From: Harriotta raleighana
Taxonomy: Eukaryota
Assembly (NCBI GenBank): GCA_050575255.1
Contig: JBNZDD010013729.1
Location: forward strand, 10,455,269-10,519,268
Direction: 5' to 3'
DNA length: 64,000 nucleotides
Shown here: positions 13,217 through 25,353 of the stretch, piece after piece
Position numbering within the stretch: the stretch's first letter is position 1
Layout: every line of letters begins with the position of its first letter
The notes under the pieces: model-generated
Database searches by the model: none
What the model was told of the DNA's origin: nothing
What the model saw: the letters and a program-made list of their open reading frames with translations, nothing else
Translations under genes and position numbers: made by a program

Positions 13217-13300
13217 CAAAAGCAGAAGTGGCTGGGAACACTCTGCAGGTCAGGCAGCATCTACGGAGAAATAAAAATTAGTCAACGTTTCAGATCCACG
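13217..13300 (-). mobile_element. Truncated copy of the same Penelope-like repeat, nested in a SINE
   Basis: AAAAGCAGAAGTGGCTGGG..CAGGTCAGGCAGCATCTAC..GTCAACGTTTCAGATCCACG is the reverse complement of the 35409-35490 arm. Confidence 0.65.
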
Positions 13301-13579
13301 TTGGGACAACAGTGTTGGGACCATTTTACAGTATATTCTCAGAAGGGTTTTGAGACATCTCGAAGACGCAATAAGGTGTCAATCAAATGAAGGGATTATT
13401 ACTACTATTATTATTAAGTTACCAGATGATGATAAAGGAATTTTGTCTGTCTGTCAGTCTATCAATCAATCCAAATTACATTTATATAGCGCCTTTCACG
13501 TCGGGAGGACGTCCAAAGGCACTGTACAGTCAAGTTGGGATCAGAGTGGGGGGGCGGGAGGAAAGTAGGGGAAAAAAAA

Positions 13580-13908
13580 GGTGGAGCTCCTGTAGCTCAG
13601 TGTTTAGAGCACTCGCCTTACAAGCGTGCGATCTGTGTTTGAATCCAGGCAGCTCAGGGCGCAACCTTGGGCAAGTTTCCTTACTCCACACACACGTCTA
13701 ATAATAATCCGTCCAAAAAAATCCATAAAAATAGGTCATTTTCAATCCACGATTGTTTGTGAAACGCTGCTGTGTGCAATTGGCTGCCATGTTTTGCCCA
13801 CAAATATACAGTCAATTCACTTTACAGTTTATTTTGTGAAGCGCTTTGAGATGTCGATAAGATGTGGAAAGCGCTATATCAAATGGAAGGATTATTCTTC
13901 TTATATTA
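13580..13908 (+). mobile_element. tRNA-derived SINE, full length
   Basis: GTGGAGCTCCTGTAGCTCAGTG..CTCGCCTTACAAGCG..CTTGGGCAAGTTTCC..AAGCGCTATATCAAATG. Confidence 0.9.
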
Positions 13909-14517
13909 TCTATACACCAGCTAGACATTTGCTGATGTGTGGCGTATAAGGTTTCTGCTGCTGCATTAGCAACATGAGCAGTAGCTGTGTGCAGGGCTGT
14001 CTGCAGAGCTCTACTGCCAAGTCAACTGACAGCCACACTCAAATCCTCATGTGGATCCACTTTGCATCATAATCGAGCATTAAAAAATAATTGAGGAATT
14101 CTTTGGTCACTTGAGTTCAATTAGTCACAGACTCGGTCACACTCGTGAACTCAGCTGAAATGTATTAAATAGGAATTTGGTTTGAAAAGTTCCTTGTGGT
14201 AGTCACTCATGTGGCTCTAGTTAGGGTGACTATCAAGCATTTAAGATCGGGGGCAATTCATGATCACTTATAATAAAAAAATAATCCTCGCTTTTGAAAC
14301 AGCGCTCTTCACGTCTTCTAGACATCTCTGTTCAGCCCCTTGGGGCGTCTTCCCGACGTGAAAGGCGCTCTATAAGTGTATTTTGTTGTTTTCTATCCAT
14401 TCATTGAAATAACGTTTGCCCGAGTCTGTGTGATGATAGAATCGTCAACAGAACCACGTTTAAAGGGTTTCAGCAATTGACAATGTGAAAAGGCTGAATT
14501 AATATCTGTCGCTAGAA

Positions 14518-15460
14518 ATAGAATCATAGAATTTTATGGCACAGAAGGAGGCCATTCGGCCCATCTTGTCTGTCCTGACTCTGAAAAGAGCAACTCAATC
14601 CCACTGCCCAGCTTTCTCCTCAAAACCTGTTCTCCCTAAATAAAGATCTAATTCTCTTTTAAAAGCTGTTATCGAATCGGCCTCCACCATCTTTTCAGGC
14701 AATGCATTCCAGATTCGAACAACCCGCTGAGTGAAAAAATTTCTCCTCAGCTCTTTGTTTTGAAACTATTTTAAATCTGTGACATGAGTCACTAATTCGC
14801 CCACCAGTGGAACAGTTTTTCCTTATTCACCCTGTCGAATCCCCTCATGATTTTATAAACCTCTATAAATCTCCTCTCAACCTCCTNTTGTTTTGAAAGT
14901 ATTTTAAATCTGTGACATGAGTCACTAATTCGCCCACCAGTGGAAACAGTTTTTCCTTATTCACCCTGTCGAATCCCCTCATGATTTTATAAACCTCTAT
15001 AAATCTCCTCTCAACCTCCTCTCCTCTCAACCTTCTCTGTTCCAAAGAGAATAAACCTTGCCTATCTAGCCTTTCCCCACAACTGAAGTCCCTCAATCCT
15101 GGTACCATTCTAGTAAACCTTCTTTGCCCCCTTTACAATGGCTTAACATCCTTTCTAGAGTGTGGTGACCAGAATTGGACAAGGTACTCCAGCTGAGGCC
15201 TAACTAAAGTTTTATAGAGGTTAGTCAGCACTTCCTGACTACTGCCTTCTTAATGTCTTTTCTACCTGTCGTGCCACCTTCAAAGAGTCGCTAACTAAAC
15301 TCCCCAGGTCTCTCTGTTCCCTTACACCCCTTGAAATTGTACTATCTAGCCTATATTGCCTCCCCTCATTTCTTCTCCCAAAGTGTATCACCTCACACTT
15401 CTCTGCATTAAATTTCATTTGCTATGTGTCTGCCCACTTTACCATTTTATCTGTATCTCC
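14518..15460 (-). mobile_element. CR1-type LINE 3' fragment (decayed ORF2 C-terminus and 3' UTR)
   Basis: Minus strand WADT*QMKFNAEKCEVIHFG and ERLDRQGLFSLEQRRLRG..IEVYKIMRGFDRV; (ATTCTATG)n-type tail at 14518. Confidence 0.9.
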
Positions 15461-16884
15461 TTGCACATAATCTCATTTTGACATGAATTTAACATGCCAA
15501 TAATCCTGAGCAGCCAGTTCCCAGTAAAAATACCCTCGACATTCAATGTTTAATGCTGAAATATTCACTTTCCATTAGTAAAAAATAAAAATACCAAAGT
15601 AAAAGCATATTGAAACCTATTTTAGTCCTTCGCAGATGTTCAGATGACTTTACACAGCTGGTAGAAATGAATAATGTGTCTTTCTCCACTTAACAGATTA
15701 AATCAGATGCAAGATGGTAGCACACTGTGACTAACAACACTTTAATTAAAACCGGATTATCATTAGTGTCAGAAGCAGGCCAGGATTTGGAGGACATGTG
15801 TGTAGAGCAAGGTTTCTAACGTGCATAATTGCAGCAATCCCTTTGGGTTTAGCAAAGAAATGAAATGTTCTTTCCTTTATGTTTCGCACAAACACACACA
15901 CACACTGTGCAGCATCAATAATGTGATAACGCACTCCCTCCTAAACTCTCTTAAATTCTCTGCCAACTGTGGCCTTTCACTGTGAAAGTTGAGTGATGGA
16001 TATAACTGAAGAACAAAAAGATATGTTGGTTCTTTTTATGAAGATTTGTTAAGCACTCGATCCACATGCAGCCCCATTGTTATGTGGTCGGCACACATAA
16101 GTCTATTCATTTTATATCCTGTTGGTACCTATTGGCTTTGTAGCTCAGTGATGTGCTCCTTCATCAAAAGATGTTTTGTATAGACTTTGTGAGGTGGAAC
16201 AGGAGTTTGCCCTGTGTAACCAAATTATTTTTTGGGGAAGGAACAAGATTACTTTCAACAGATATTTTCAACAACCTGAAGGAAAGATGCCTTCGAAGGC
16301 TGTAAGCATCACAGAGAGCATAAAACCTGTGTTCGAATCCAGGCAGGTCAAGTAAGTTTCCTTACTTCACATGCCTAATAATAATCCCTCCCTAAAATAA
16401 AATTGGTCATTTTAATCTATGACTGTTCGTGCGCTGTGCGCAATTGGCTGCTGCATTTTGCCCACAAATTCACTTTACAGTATATTCTGTGAAGCTCTTT
16501 GCGATGTGAAATTCGCTATATCAAAGATTATTATTAAAGAACAATTACTGGAGATTAGCTGTGAAAGCCAAACCCTAAAGTAGAGATAATTGTTGCTAAT
16601 TTACAGCTATGGCAACTGTTTAATAAGTTATTTGGACACCGAAACCAGTTCAGAATAGACTTGATTGTTTAATCCATGCTCAAAGGAATGTCAATTATAA
16701 TTTTCTAGCAGGGGGAATAAAACAGTAATCATCGTTCATTCGGAACAAATTTGTTTTTGTGTTTTGTATAAATTCGATTTGTTTGTGGATTGAGAATAGG
16801 AACCATAACATACAGCTTGTTTCTGTTTCCCCCCCACTCCACCTTCCCCCACCCCGCCACCCCACTCCACCTCACCCCCCCCAC

Positions 16885-17180
16885 AATAACAACAACAACT
16901 TTGATTTACATAGCGCCCTCCACACTGGACAGCGTCTCAGAGCGCTTCACAATAGCAGATCCCGGGACCGAGCCAGGGGCAAGGGTAGAAAGGTGACCAA
17001 AAGCACGGTCCAAGAGAAAGATTTTCAGCTGAGACCTGAAACTGGGAAGAGAGGGGGCGAAGTGAAGGTAGTGAGGAAGGGAGTTCCAGAGCCGCGGGGA
17101 GTAGTGGCTGAAGGCACGGCCGCCAATGGTGGAGCGGAGGATTCGGGCGACATGGAGGAGACCAGACTCGGTGGAGCCAC
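16885..17180 (-). mobile_element. L2-type LINE 3' fragment
   Basis: GGRAFSHYSPRLWNSLPHYLHFAPSLPSFRSQLKIFLLDRAF; (CAA)n tail on + strand. Confidence 0.85.
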
Positions 17181-18955
17181 ATACACACAGAGCAGGTCCC
17201 ACGTGTTGTTTCCTTGTGCTGGTGATGCCCGTGCTATAATAATAATAATAATAATAATAATAATCCTTGCATTTGATATAGAGTCTGTTCTAATCTTTTA
17301 GACTGTGTCTCAAAGCACTTTATAGAATATACTGTAAGGTGAATTGACTGCATGCGTCATGGGCGAAATGTGGCAGCCAATTGTGTGTGGAGGTTGTGTG
17401 ACAAAAGATGTTGTGGCTCAAGTGGTTAATAAAAGACACAGTTTTGACCTTCATTTTCCTTATTTAGGATTCCAAACTATCCACCTCAGTCTTGAGAATG
17501 TGAACGGAGCGAATGAATAAAGAAGTAGGTATTTAAATATGTGATCTTAAAAACCTGAGAGACCAGGTCATGTGCAGCAGATTGAGCCCAAGACTTCTCT
17601 TGAAGGATAGCGTGACCAGCAGATCTCAGGAAAGGCCGGTGTTGTAACCCTCAGGTGATTGAAGTAATTCCCAACTCATCATCATTTGCCTGGAAGGTAT
17701 AGATGATTCTCTCGATTCCCCATTGGGGCAGTGATCTAAACAAACAAAGACTCATCTCACAACCCATAGAGGCTGAGAGAACCCAAGGCTACACACACAA
17801 CAGCTGCTCTTCAGTCCGTGGTGGCCACCGATCTGGCTTCCAACGTGTTTGTCACAACCCGACCACCAACCGCAGTTCAGGATTGTCATTCTATCCCACT
17901 GGTTTCAGTGGAAATTAATCAACTCCTCGTCAATTACATTGTTACTATAATTAATTAGCGGGGGACTGACGAGTCATTAAACAGGTAAAGCAATGAGTGA
18001 AAGCGTTCCTTCGCCCCCTGCAAGCAAAGACTTGCCAAATGGATACTTACAGCAAACCTTCCTAGGGTCCAGATATAATCTTATCGTTTGTGATTGATTA
18101 AGCCTTTTATGGATGTGTTTCAAACATTAAACTGAGGCATTGTTCCATGTGTCTCGACCCGAGAGCATGTGTGGTTATATCATCTGTGAATTCTACATTG
18201 AACATTTCTTTTTTTTTAATGTATGTACAGTATATCTGTACATAAAAAGAAGAAACATTTTCTTTAAGCATTAACGGGAGCGAAATCTAATAATAAATAA
18301 TCATCTTTGCTTTTGATATAGCCCGTCAAAGCTCTTCACAGAATATACGGTAAAGTGTAAGGACTGTGTATTTTGCAGGCAAAAATAGCTCATACACATC
18401 TCCGGACAGAACATCCCAATGACATGAATTTGATATTGCTGGTTATCAACCTCCTTTCGACTCAGTTTTCCCCAAAAAGTAAACCTTTTGAAAATGTATT
18501 TCAGCTTCTGGTTTCTTTCACTTGTTATCTTCGGCAAGAGGCAATAGTAAATAAATAGCATTGAAAATGAACTTGACATTGGCATATGGTACCATATTAA
18601 CAATATTATAGCTATATATTAAAACATATCATAGCTAGTTTGTGATTAACAACTTTGTGCCACATCTGAAAATGTTTTAACCCCTTTGGGACAACAACAA
18701 CNACAGGTGCCACATCTGAAAATGTTTTAACCCCTTTGGGACAACAACAACAACTAATGGCGTGTGTATCGCGCCTTTCACGTTGGGAGGACGTCTCAAA
18801 GGGGCCACGTTCACACAATTTACTCAGCAGTTTTTGTTGTCGTGACCAATGGGCTTGAAGTGGTTGATTTGCGATCCCATAAAAGCTGGGGATCGACTGA
18901 CAATCGAGTTCTTTTCCCTCCTTCTCACCCTGTGATGCGCCCAAACTTGCCGGAG

Positions 18956-19173
18956 ATGAATCCACCAGCCTACTATTTCCACCTCTTGGTGTACCTCACC
19001 GTGGCGGTGGCAGTCTCTGGGAAATCGACATGTAAACTCAAAGGGAAGTTTAATTTAAACAGCTTCAAAATGCCAGGAGATGTGATCCTCGGAGGGATGT
19101 TTCCTATTCACTACAGAGTCAAGTCCTCCAACGCATCATCAAGCACCACGCCACAGTCTGTGGGATGTGAGGG
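18956..19173 (+). CDS. vmn2r1: V2R2/Vmn2r1-type receptor exon 1
   Basis: MNPPAYYFHLLVYLTVAVAVS signal peptide; GDVILGGMFPIHY; donor GG|GTAAGA; 218 nt. Confidence 0.88.
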
Positions 19174-19734
19174 GTAAGAACTATCGAGTTGGTTTTGTTA
19201 TTTTGGTCCACAAAATGCACAGTCAATTCACTTTACAGTAGATTCGGCAAAGCTTTTTGAGATGTCTTGAAGATGTGATAAGGTGCTATATCAAATGCAA
19301 GGATTATTATTATAATTGTGTGAAAGGGATATTCCCATTATATGGTTGGCTTTTAAAATTGCTATTATTGCTATTATTGAATTATATTTATTAATTATGA
19401 GCAATTGGCTTCAAAGTTTCACCCACGAAATACAGTCAATCCCTTTACAATACCGTGGTATTCTGTGAAACATTTGAGACGACTCTGCCACATGATAAGA
19501 CCCTGTTTCAAATGCAAGAATTATTATTCACATTCCTTGAAAGGTTTTATAAGAAGAATACAAACCTTGAATTTTTTATACTTGTTTCTATTACAAACTG
19601 AATCCGTGTTTCGCTTGAATTCATAGTAAATCATGTGTATTGCGCACATTATTAATGCCAACACTAATGACGTCTGAATGTATATTGGGTAACATAAGGA
19701 CATGGTGTCTAATTTATAAGATGGGGTGCAGATC

Positions 19735-19985
19735 TTGAAGCTCTTAACAGTGGCGGAATCTGCCGCGGAACCTGGGATGGGGAGGGGGGAGGTGATCACA
19801 AGCACGGCCAAAGAGGCTGGTTTTCAGTCGTGATCAAAAAGAGGAGAAGAAGGGGGCAAGGCGGAGGGATTGAGCGAGAGAGTTACAAAGCTTTAGGGGA
19901 CAGTGATTGAATGCACGGCTGCTGATGGTGGAGTGGAAGAGACGAGGGATGAGGCAGGAGGCAAGATCAAGGCAGCAAGTGGATA
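19735..19985 (-). mobile_element. L2-type LINE 3' fragment (gene 2 intron 1)
   Basis: STISSRAFNHCPLKLCNSLAQSLRLAP. Confidence 0.7.
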
Positions 19986-20580
19986 GTGGTTCATAAGGGA
20001 ATACATGAGTGTGAAGACTACTTGTCAACCCCGCGAGAGAGTAGGCGGTGTGATCACAGAAACGGAGGGTGGGAGAATCAGGGTGTGATTGCAGATAGAG
20101 TGTGGGCTACGGCAGGTTCTGCGGTTGCTCTGTTTCAACACTGTGGAGCTCATTCAGTGAATATTACTGATATGGGTTGATGGGTGTGCAGGTTTGCAGA
20201 GTCGGTTGTATATGTTGTCTCAGGAACCGAGTATGTTTGTTCTCTTGTGCATTTTTATAAGTATGGAGACGATTTAAAGATGTTTGACAGGTCCCTGTAC
20301 AGTCGGACACCTTTTATGCTTGCAGGTAACGGTATTTGCAATCACCCAGTCGCTTCTTGCTCAGTGGGTGGAGCAAATATTGTTAGGTCCAATCACCAGC
20401 ATACAACTCAATCCTGTATCCTCCATGTGAAGGGCCTATCAGCGAGTGACACCAGTTGCCATTACCTGTCAAAGTATCTGTTGGGTTTGGGTCTCCATAT
20501 ATGGAGGAGAAACAAAGATATGATCTCAACAAGTCCCAGTGGGTTTGGACACACACTGCCTCTAAGGTAGTGGCTTATTT

Positions 20581-20902
20581 GTGGAGTCCTGTAGCTCAGT
20601 GGTTAGAGAACTCGCCTTACAAGCGTGAGACCTGTGTTTCGCATCCAGCCAGGTCAGAGCGAAACCTTGGGCAAGTTTCCTTACTCCACACACACGCCTA
20701 ATAATAATCCATTCAAAAAAAACCTACAATGAAATTGGTCATTTCAATCCACGACTGTTTGTGGGACACTGCTGTACGCAATCGGCTGCTGCATTTGGCC
20801 CACAAATATACAGTCAATTCACTTTACAGTATATTCTGTGAAGCGCTTTGAAACATCTGGAAGACGTGAAAAGCGCTATATCAAATACCATGATTATTAT
20901 TA
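20581..20902 (+). mobile_element. tRNA-derived SINE, full length (gene 2 intron 1)
   Basis: Same family consensus, A box TAGCTCAGTGG. Confidence 0.9.
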
Positions 20903-20999
20903 GTCTGCGTGAATGATACATACCCATGTTATTTTAAACCGGTTTGTGTGATTTTCCGAATGTGAATCAGACACCCCTGAGAACCTCTCTCTTCAACAG

Positions 21000-21291
21000 A
21001 TTCAACTTCCGAACTTTCCGTTGGGCCCGGACAATGATCTTTGCCATCAACGAAATCAACAAGAACAGCTTGCTTCTACCCGACATCCAGCTGGGTTATA
21101 CAATCTACGACTCTTGTTTCACCATCTCGAAAGCTGTTGAAGGAACCCTGACTTACCTCACTGGACAGGATGAAGCTGTACCTAACTATAGGTGTGGCAC
21201 CGGCGCGCCTTTGGCTGTCCTGATTGGAGCCGGTGGATCAGCTCTCTCTATTGCAACTGCTAGGATTCTAGGCCTGTATTACTTTCCTCAG
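21000..21291 (+). CDS. vmn2r1: V2R2/Vmn2r1-type receptor exon 2
   Basis: AACAG|a FNFRTFRWARTMIFAINEIN...LGLYYFPQ|GTACAA; 292 nt. Confidence 0.94.
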
Positions 21292-22141
21292 GTACAATGC
21301 CATAGACACCAACAACTCAGGCTTTTCCCTCTGTCAATCGGTGGGCTCCGGTCTGCTCCATGTCCTCCGCCCTACCATCGGCGGATGGGCTTTCAGCCTC
21401 TCTGCCCCCACACTCTGGAACTCCGTCCCGCTTATGTAGACCACGGACGTTTCTCAAATAGGACATCCGGCCCTCAGAGGGTTGATTAGTCATGAGCAGG
21501 ATTAACACTGTTGGAGTAGAAGATATTCTTTTAGTTTCCTTACTGTAGTAAATTTCACTCACTTTGTCCAATGTCATTTGGGCCACACCCTAGTTGAATG
21601 TGAGTCAGATGGATCAAAGTCATCCTTATATATAATAAATAATAATAAATTGGTCCTTTCAATCCATGACTGTTTGTGGAGATGCTGCTATGTGCAAGTG
21701 GCTGTCGCGTTTGGTCCACATATAAGCAGTCAACTTACTTCACAGTACATTGCATGAAGCGCTTTGAGGCGTCAAGAAGACCTGAAAAGCGCTATATCAA
21801 ATGAAAGGATTATTATTTATTATTATATAAAATCACCAATACGATGTATCTTTCCTTGACAATTCCACCCCTCCGACTGTTTCAGAAATGTTGAGAGGCA
21901 AGCAGCAATATTTCAGGCCAAGATATTGGCCTCATTTAACAAACAGTTCAGTGCTACAATGGGTTGAAAACTGTAGCAAGCCTTTCTCGACAGAACCCCT
22001 GTGATTGATGATTAGCAAAAAGGCTAAAATGTTTCTTTCACTCAATTGCTTCAGGAGGGATGGTACACCCTATGTGTACGGGGAGCCACGTGGCGTATGT
22101 TTTACCTTCGAAGGTTTTCAACTAAGTTTGCTCTCTTGCAG

Positions 22142-23032
22142 GTTGATTATTCCGCTTCCTGCTCGATCCTAAGTGATAAATTTCAGTTCCCATCCTTTCT
22201 CCGCACCATTCCCAACGATAACTTTCAGTCCAGGGCCATGGCGAAATTCGTGGTGCATTTTGGATGGGCTTGGGTGGGTACAATAGCATCAGACGACGAC
22301 TACGGGAAGTACGGAATCAAAATCTTCAAGGAAGAAGTGGAGAAGGTTGGCGTGTGCATCTCTTTCTCAGAAATGATCCCCAAGGTTTACGCGCGGAAGA
22401 AAATAGTCCAGATTGTAAAGAGAATTAAAGAATCCACTGCCAAGATCATTGTGGTTTTCTCTGCTGATATCGACCTGAGCTCCTTAATAGAAGAAGTGAT
22501 CAGACACAATATCTCGGGGAGAACATGGATAGCCAGTGAGGCCTGGGTTACCTCAGCTTTGATCTCCAAAAGGGAATACTCCTCACTGCTGGAGGGAACC
22601 ATTGGATTCGGGATTCAGAGAGCTGACATCCAAGGACTACGGGATTTCCTCATCCAATTAGAGCCGCAAAGCACCTCGGAAGAATTGGTGATCGAGTTCT
22701 GGGAGAAGACCTTCGATTGCATGTGGCCTGAAAAAGGTCAGACCATAAGCCAAATGCTGAGTTCCAAATCGATTGGACCTCAGGAGATGGATTCATCTCT
22801 CAGAATCCACAACATCCGTCCGCTCTCTCAGAGGCTCTGTACTGGCAAGGAGAAGCTGAACGGCATCAACAACACATACTCCGACGTCAGCCAGCTCCGG
22901 CTCACCTACAGCGTGTACAAATCTGTCTACACCGTGGCGCACGCCCTTCACAACATGCACACCTGCAAGCCAGGCAGCGGGCCTTTCGTCAATGGGACGT
23001 GCGCTGACATTCAAAAGTTTGAGCCGTGGCAG
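22142..23032 (+). CDS. vmn2r1: V2R2/Vmn2r1-type receptor exon 3
   Basis: TTGCAG|VDYSASCSILSDKFQFPSFLRT...WIASEAW...FEPWQ|GTATGT; 891 nt. Confidence 0.95.
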
Positions 23033-23084
23033 GTATGTCTTTCGGTTGTTTCCATCTGCTCTCTTTGAATGATACATCAATCAG

Positions 23085-23235
23085 GCCACTGCAGTGGTAG
23101 GACTCTCGCCTCAGAGTCAGAAGGTCGTGGGTTCAAATCCTCAATTGTCGCTTGCTCTAACCTGACGCTCCCACATCAATGCCGGTGGGTGTTGTATTGT
23201 CAGAGGTGCCGTCCTTCGGAGAAGGATTTTAAACC
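23085..23235 (+). mobile_element. Older DeuSINE (SacSINE1/AmnSINE-like) fragment
   Basis: CTCTCGCCTCAGAGTCAGAAGGTCGTGGGTTCAAATCC..TGTCAGAGGTGCCGTCCTTCGGA resembles recalled shark DeuSINE head and body. Confidence 0.6.
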
Positions 23236-23302
23236 TTTGGGATGTCTCAACAATGTGATAAATTATTATATATACGGAAGGGATCATTGTTATATTATTA
23301 TT

Positions 23303-23615
23303 TAATAATAATAATAATCCTTGCATTTTGATATAGCGCTTTTCACATCTTATCGGCATCTCAAAGCGCTTCACAGAATGTGCTGTAAAGTGAATTGACT
23401 GTATATTTGTGTACGAAACGCACAAAGCAGTGTTCCCACAAACAGTCGTTTAGTGAAATAACCAATTTTATTACTGTATTGTGTTTTTTGGGGATGGATT
23501 ATTATTAGGCGTGCGTGTGGAGTAAGGAAACTTGCCCAAGGTTTCGCCCTGACGTGCCTGGATCCAAATACAGGTCTCACACTTGTAAGGCCAGTGCTCT
23601 AACCACTGAGCTACA
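23303..23615 (-). mobile_element. tRNA-derived SINE (gene 2 intron 3)
   Basis: Same family consensus on minus strand. Confidence 0.88.
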
Positions 23616-24108
23616 CAAGTACCAACCAGGCAGTATATCTTCACACAAAGAGCAATTAACAACTGGAATGGGTCGCCAGGAAGGGGTCAGAATCCTGAAG
23701 TCATTTAAGAAACAACTGGATGCCCAAATGCATGCAAGGTCGGGTGGGTATTGTGGAAGGTTGAGATCAAATGGCCAGAAGGGTCTTCTTCATCTGAACC
23801 TCTCTTCTGATATTGTGAATTAAGTGCATTATCTCGTTTTGGGAGAACTGCTCTTCAAAGACTCATTATAGAATTATCGATCAAGTTAGAAAAGTTATGA
23901 TACACAGTTATAGAATAAGACCACTGTTTATTCCGAAGCTGAAGTCTACCGTCTGTTTGACTTAGTTTGGGACACGACATGTCAAGCGACTGTAGGATGG
24001 TGGAAGGCAAACTAGACGGATTTGGATTTTCTCAGCAAATTTGTATGTTCCTAATGTTCTTATTCACTCGTTTACATCCGGATCACTGTTTTCTCCTGTG
24101 CCTACTAG

Positions 24109-24336
24109 CTCATGTATTACCTGAAAAATGTCCGCTTCACAAGCCTTAACGGGGAAGATATCTATTTTGACATAAACGGGGATGTCAAGGCAGCGTATGA
24201 CATTATGAATTGGCGGAGGAGCCCTGATGGCTACATTTCCTACACACTGGTGGGAAGTTACAATGGATCTGCTGATCCAAGCGAAGACATGGTCATTTAC
24301 AATGACTCGATCGTTTGGAACAATGGGCAGATTACG
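24109..24336 (+). CDS. vmn2r1: V2R2/Vmn2r1-type receptor exon 4
   Basis: ACTAG|LMYYLKNVRF...FDINGD...YDIMNW...GQIT|GTATGT; 228 nt. Confidence 0.93.
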
Positions 24337-24784
24337 GTATGTAAGTAACCAAATAGCTGATTTGTTTATCCCCAAAAGACAGTGTCCTGATAACTTGCCC
24401 TATTACTGTATGTGAAAACAAACTTAAGAATATTAGCATTCCTTTAAGACTCATCAGACATTGTGATGGTATCACGAGCTGTTGGCCACCTTGTATATTA
24501 TATACTCAACGCTGTTAATAAATAATCTAACGTTTCAGGACACTGGCAATAGGAAGACTACAGCATCCGATCGGTTGTAAAAGCATTGACATTTTTGTAT
24601 GCCTTGTATTGATTATTAAGACTTGTGAGACTTGGGAAATGCTCAAATTTACTGACCATTCACCAAAGAAGTGGCAGGATGGGCCGAAAGGCTCCTTCTT
24701 TGCTGTAATATTCTATGATTCTATGATTGCAACGAGAAAAAAACATGTCAAATGTCATACTGAATGCATGTCAATGTTTGGCAG

Positions 24785-24908
24785 CCTCCTGTGTCTTTGT
24801 GTAGTCAGAGCTGTCAGCCTGGTACCAGGAAGGGAATTCGACAGGGAGAACCTGTGTGTTGTTTCGACTGCATCCCATGCGCTGATGGTGAAATAACCAA
24901 CACAACAG
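24785..24908 (+). CDS. vmn2r1: V2R2/Vmn2r1-type receptor exon 5 (Cys-rich domain; absent from ORF track)
   Basis: GGCAG|[41 protein letters not shown]|GTTAGC; 124 nt. Confidence 0.94.
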
Positions 24909-25353
24909 GTTAGCTGAAAGTTACTCACTCCCCAAATTACTAGCGCGTTTGCGCGATTCTTTGATAGGTATTCAAACGGAAGCTGTGTCCATAAATATTC
25001 TCTACCACAAGTTGCCGAATACATAAATGGGCGCAAAGTATTATCGAGTCACGGGGCGCCAGATTTCTCCATAGAACATTCTAACATGGAAACGTAACCT
25101 CTACTGCACAGACTGTGATTACTAAAGACCAAATTTGTCATTGCTGTTTATTTGTATTTGTAATCGTAATAATAAATAATGTGGTCTTTCAAAGCATGAA
25201 GCAATTTGGTTGCGCGTTTGTTTTACAAAATCTACAGTCAATTCACTTGGCAGCATATCCCACAAAGCACTTTGAGACGTCTCGAAGACTTGATAAGGCG
25301 CTGTATCTCCAATGCAAGGATTAATATTAATATTATTATGATTCATTTGGCAG

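Noticed and set aside
13626-13949. Recurrent short ORFs containing PTNIQSIHFTVYSVKRFE or LGKFPYS as a small-protein family
   Set aside because: They are chance translations of SINE copies on either strand with inconsistent frames
14755-15020. About 130-bp duplication inside the CR1 around N at 14887
   Set aside because: Same single-N overlap artefact; copies differ only by homopolymer length
18657-18750. About 45-bp duplication upstream of V2R2 around N at 18702
   Set aside because: Assembly join at a (CAA)n run; similar joins at 26772 and 28091
25206-25353. N-terminal extensions of the long ORFs in the ORF track (also 22046, 20944, 8114, 4357)
   Set aside because: These are intron or UTR read-through before the true acceptors or starts
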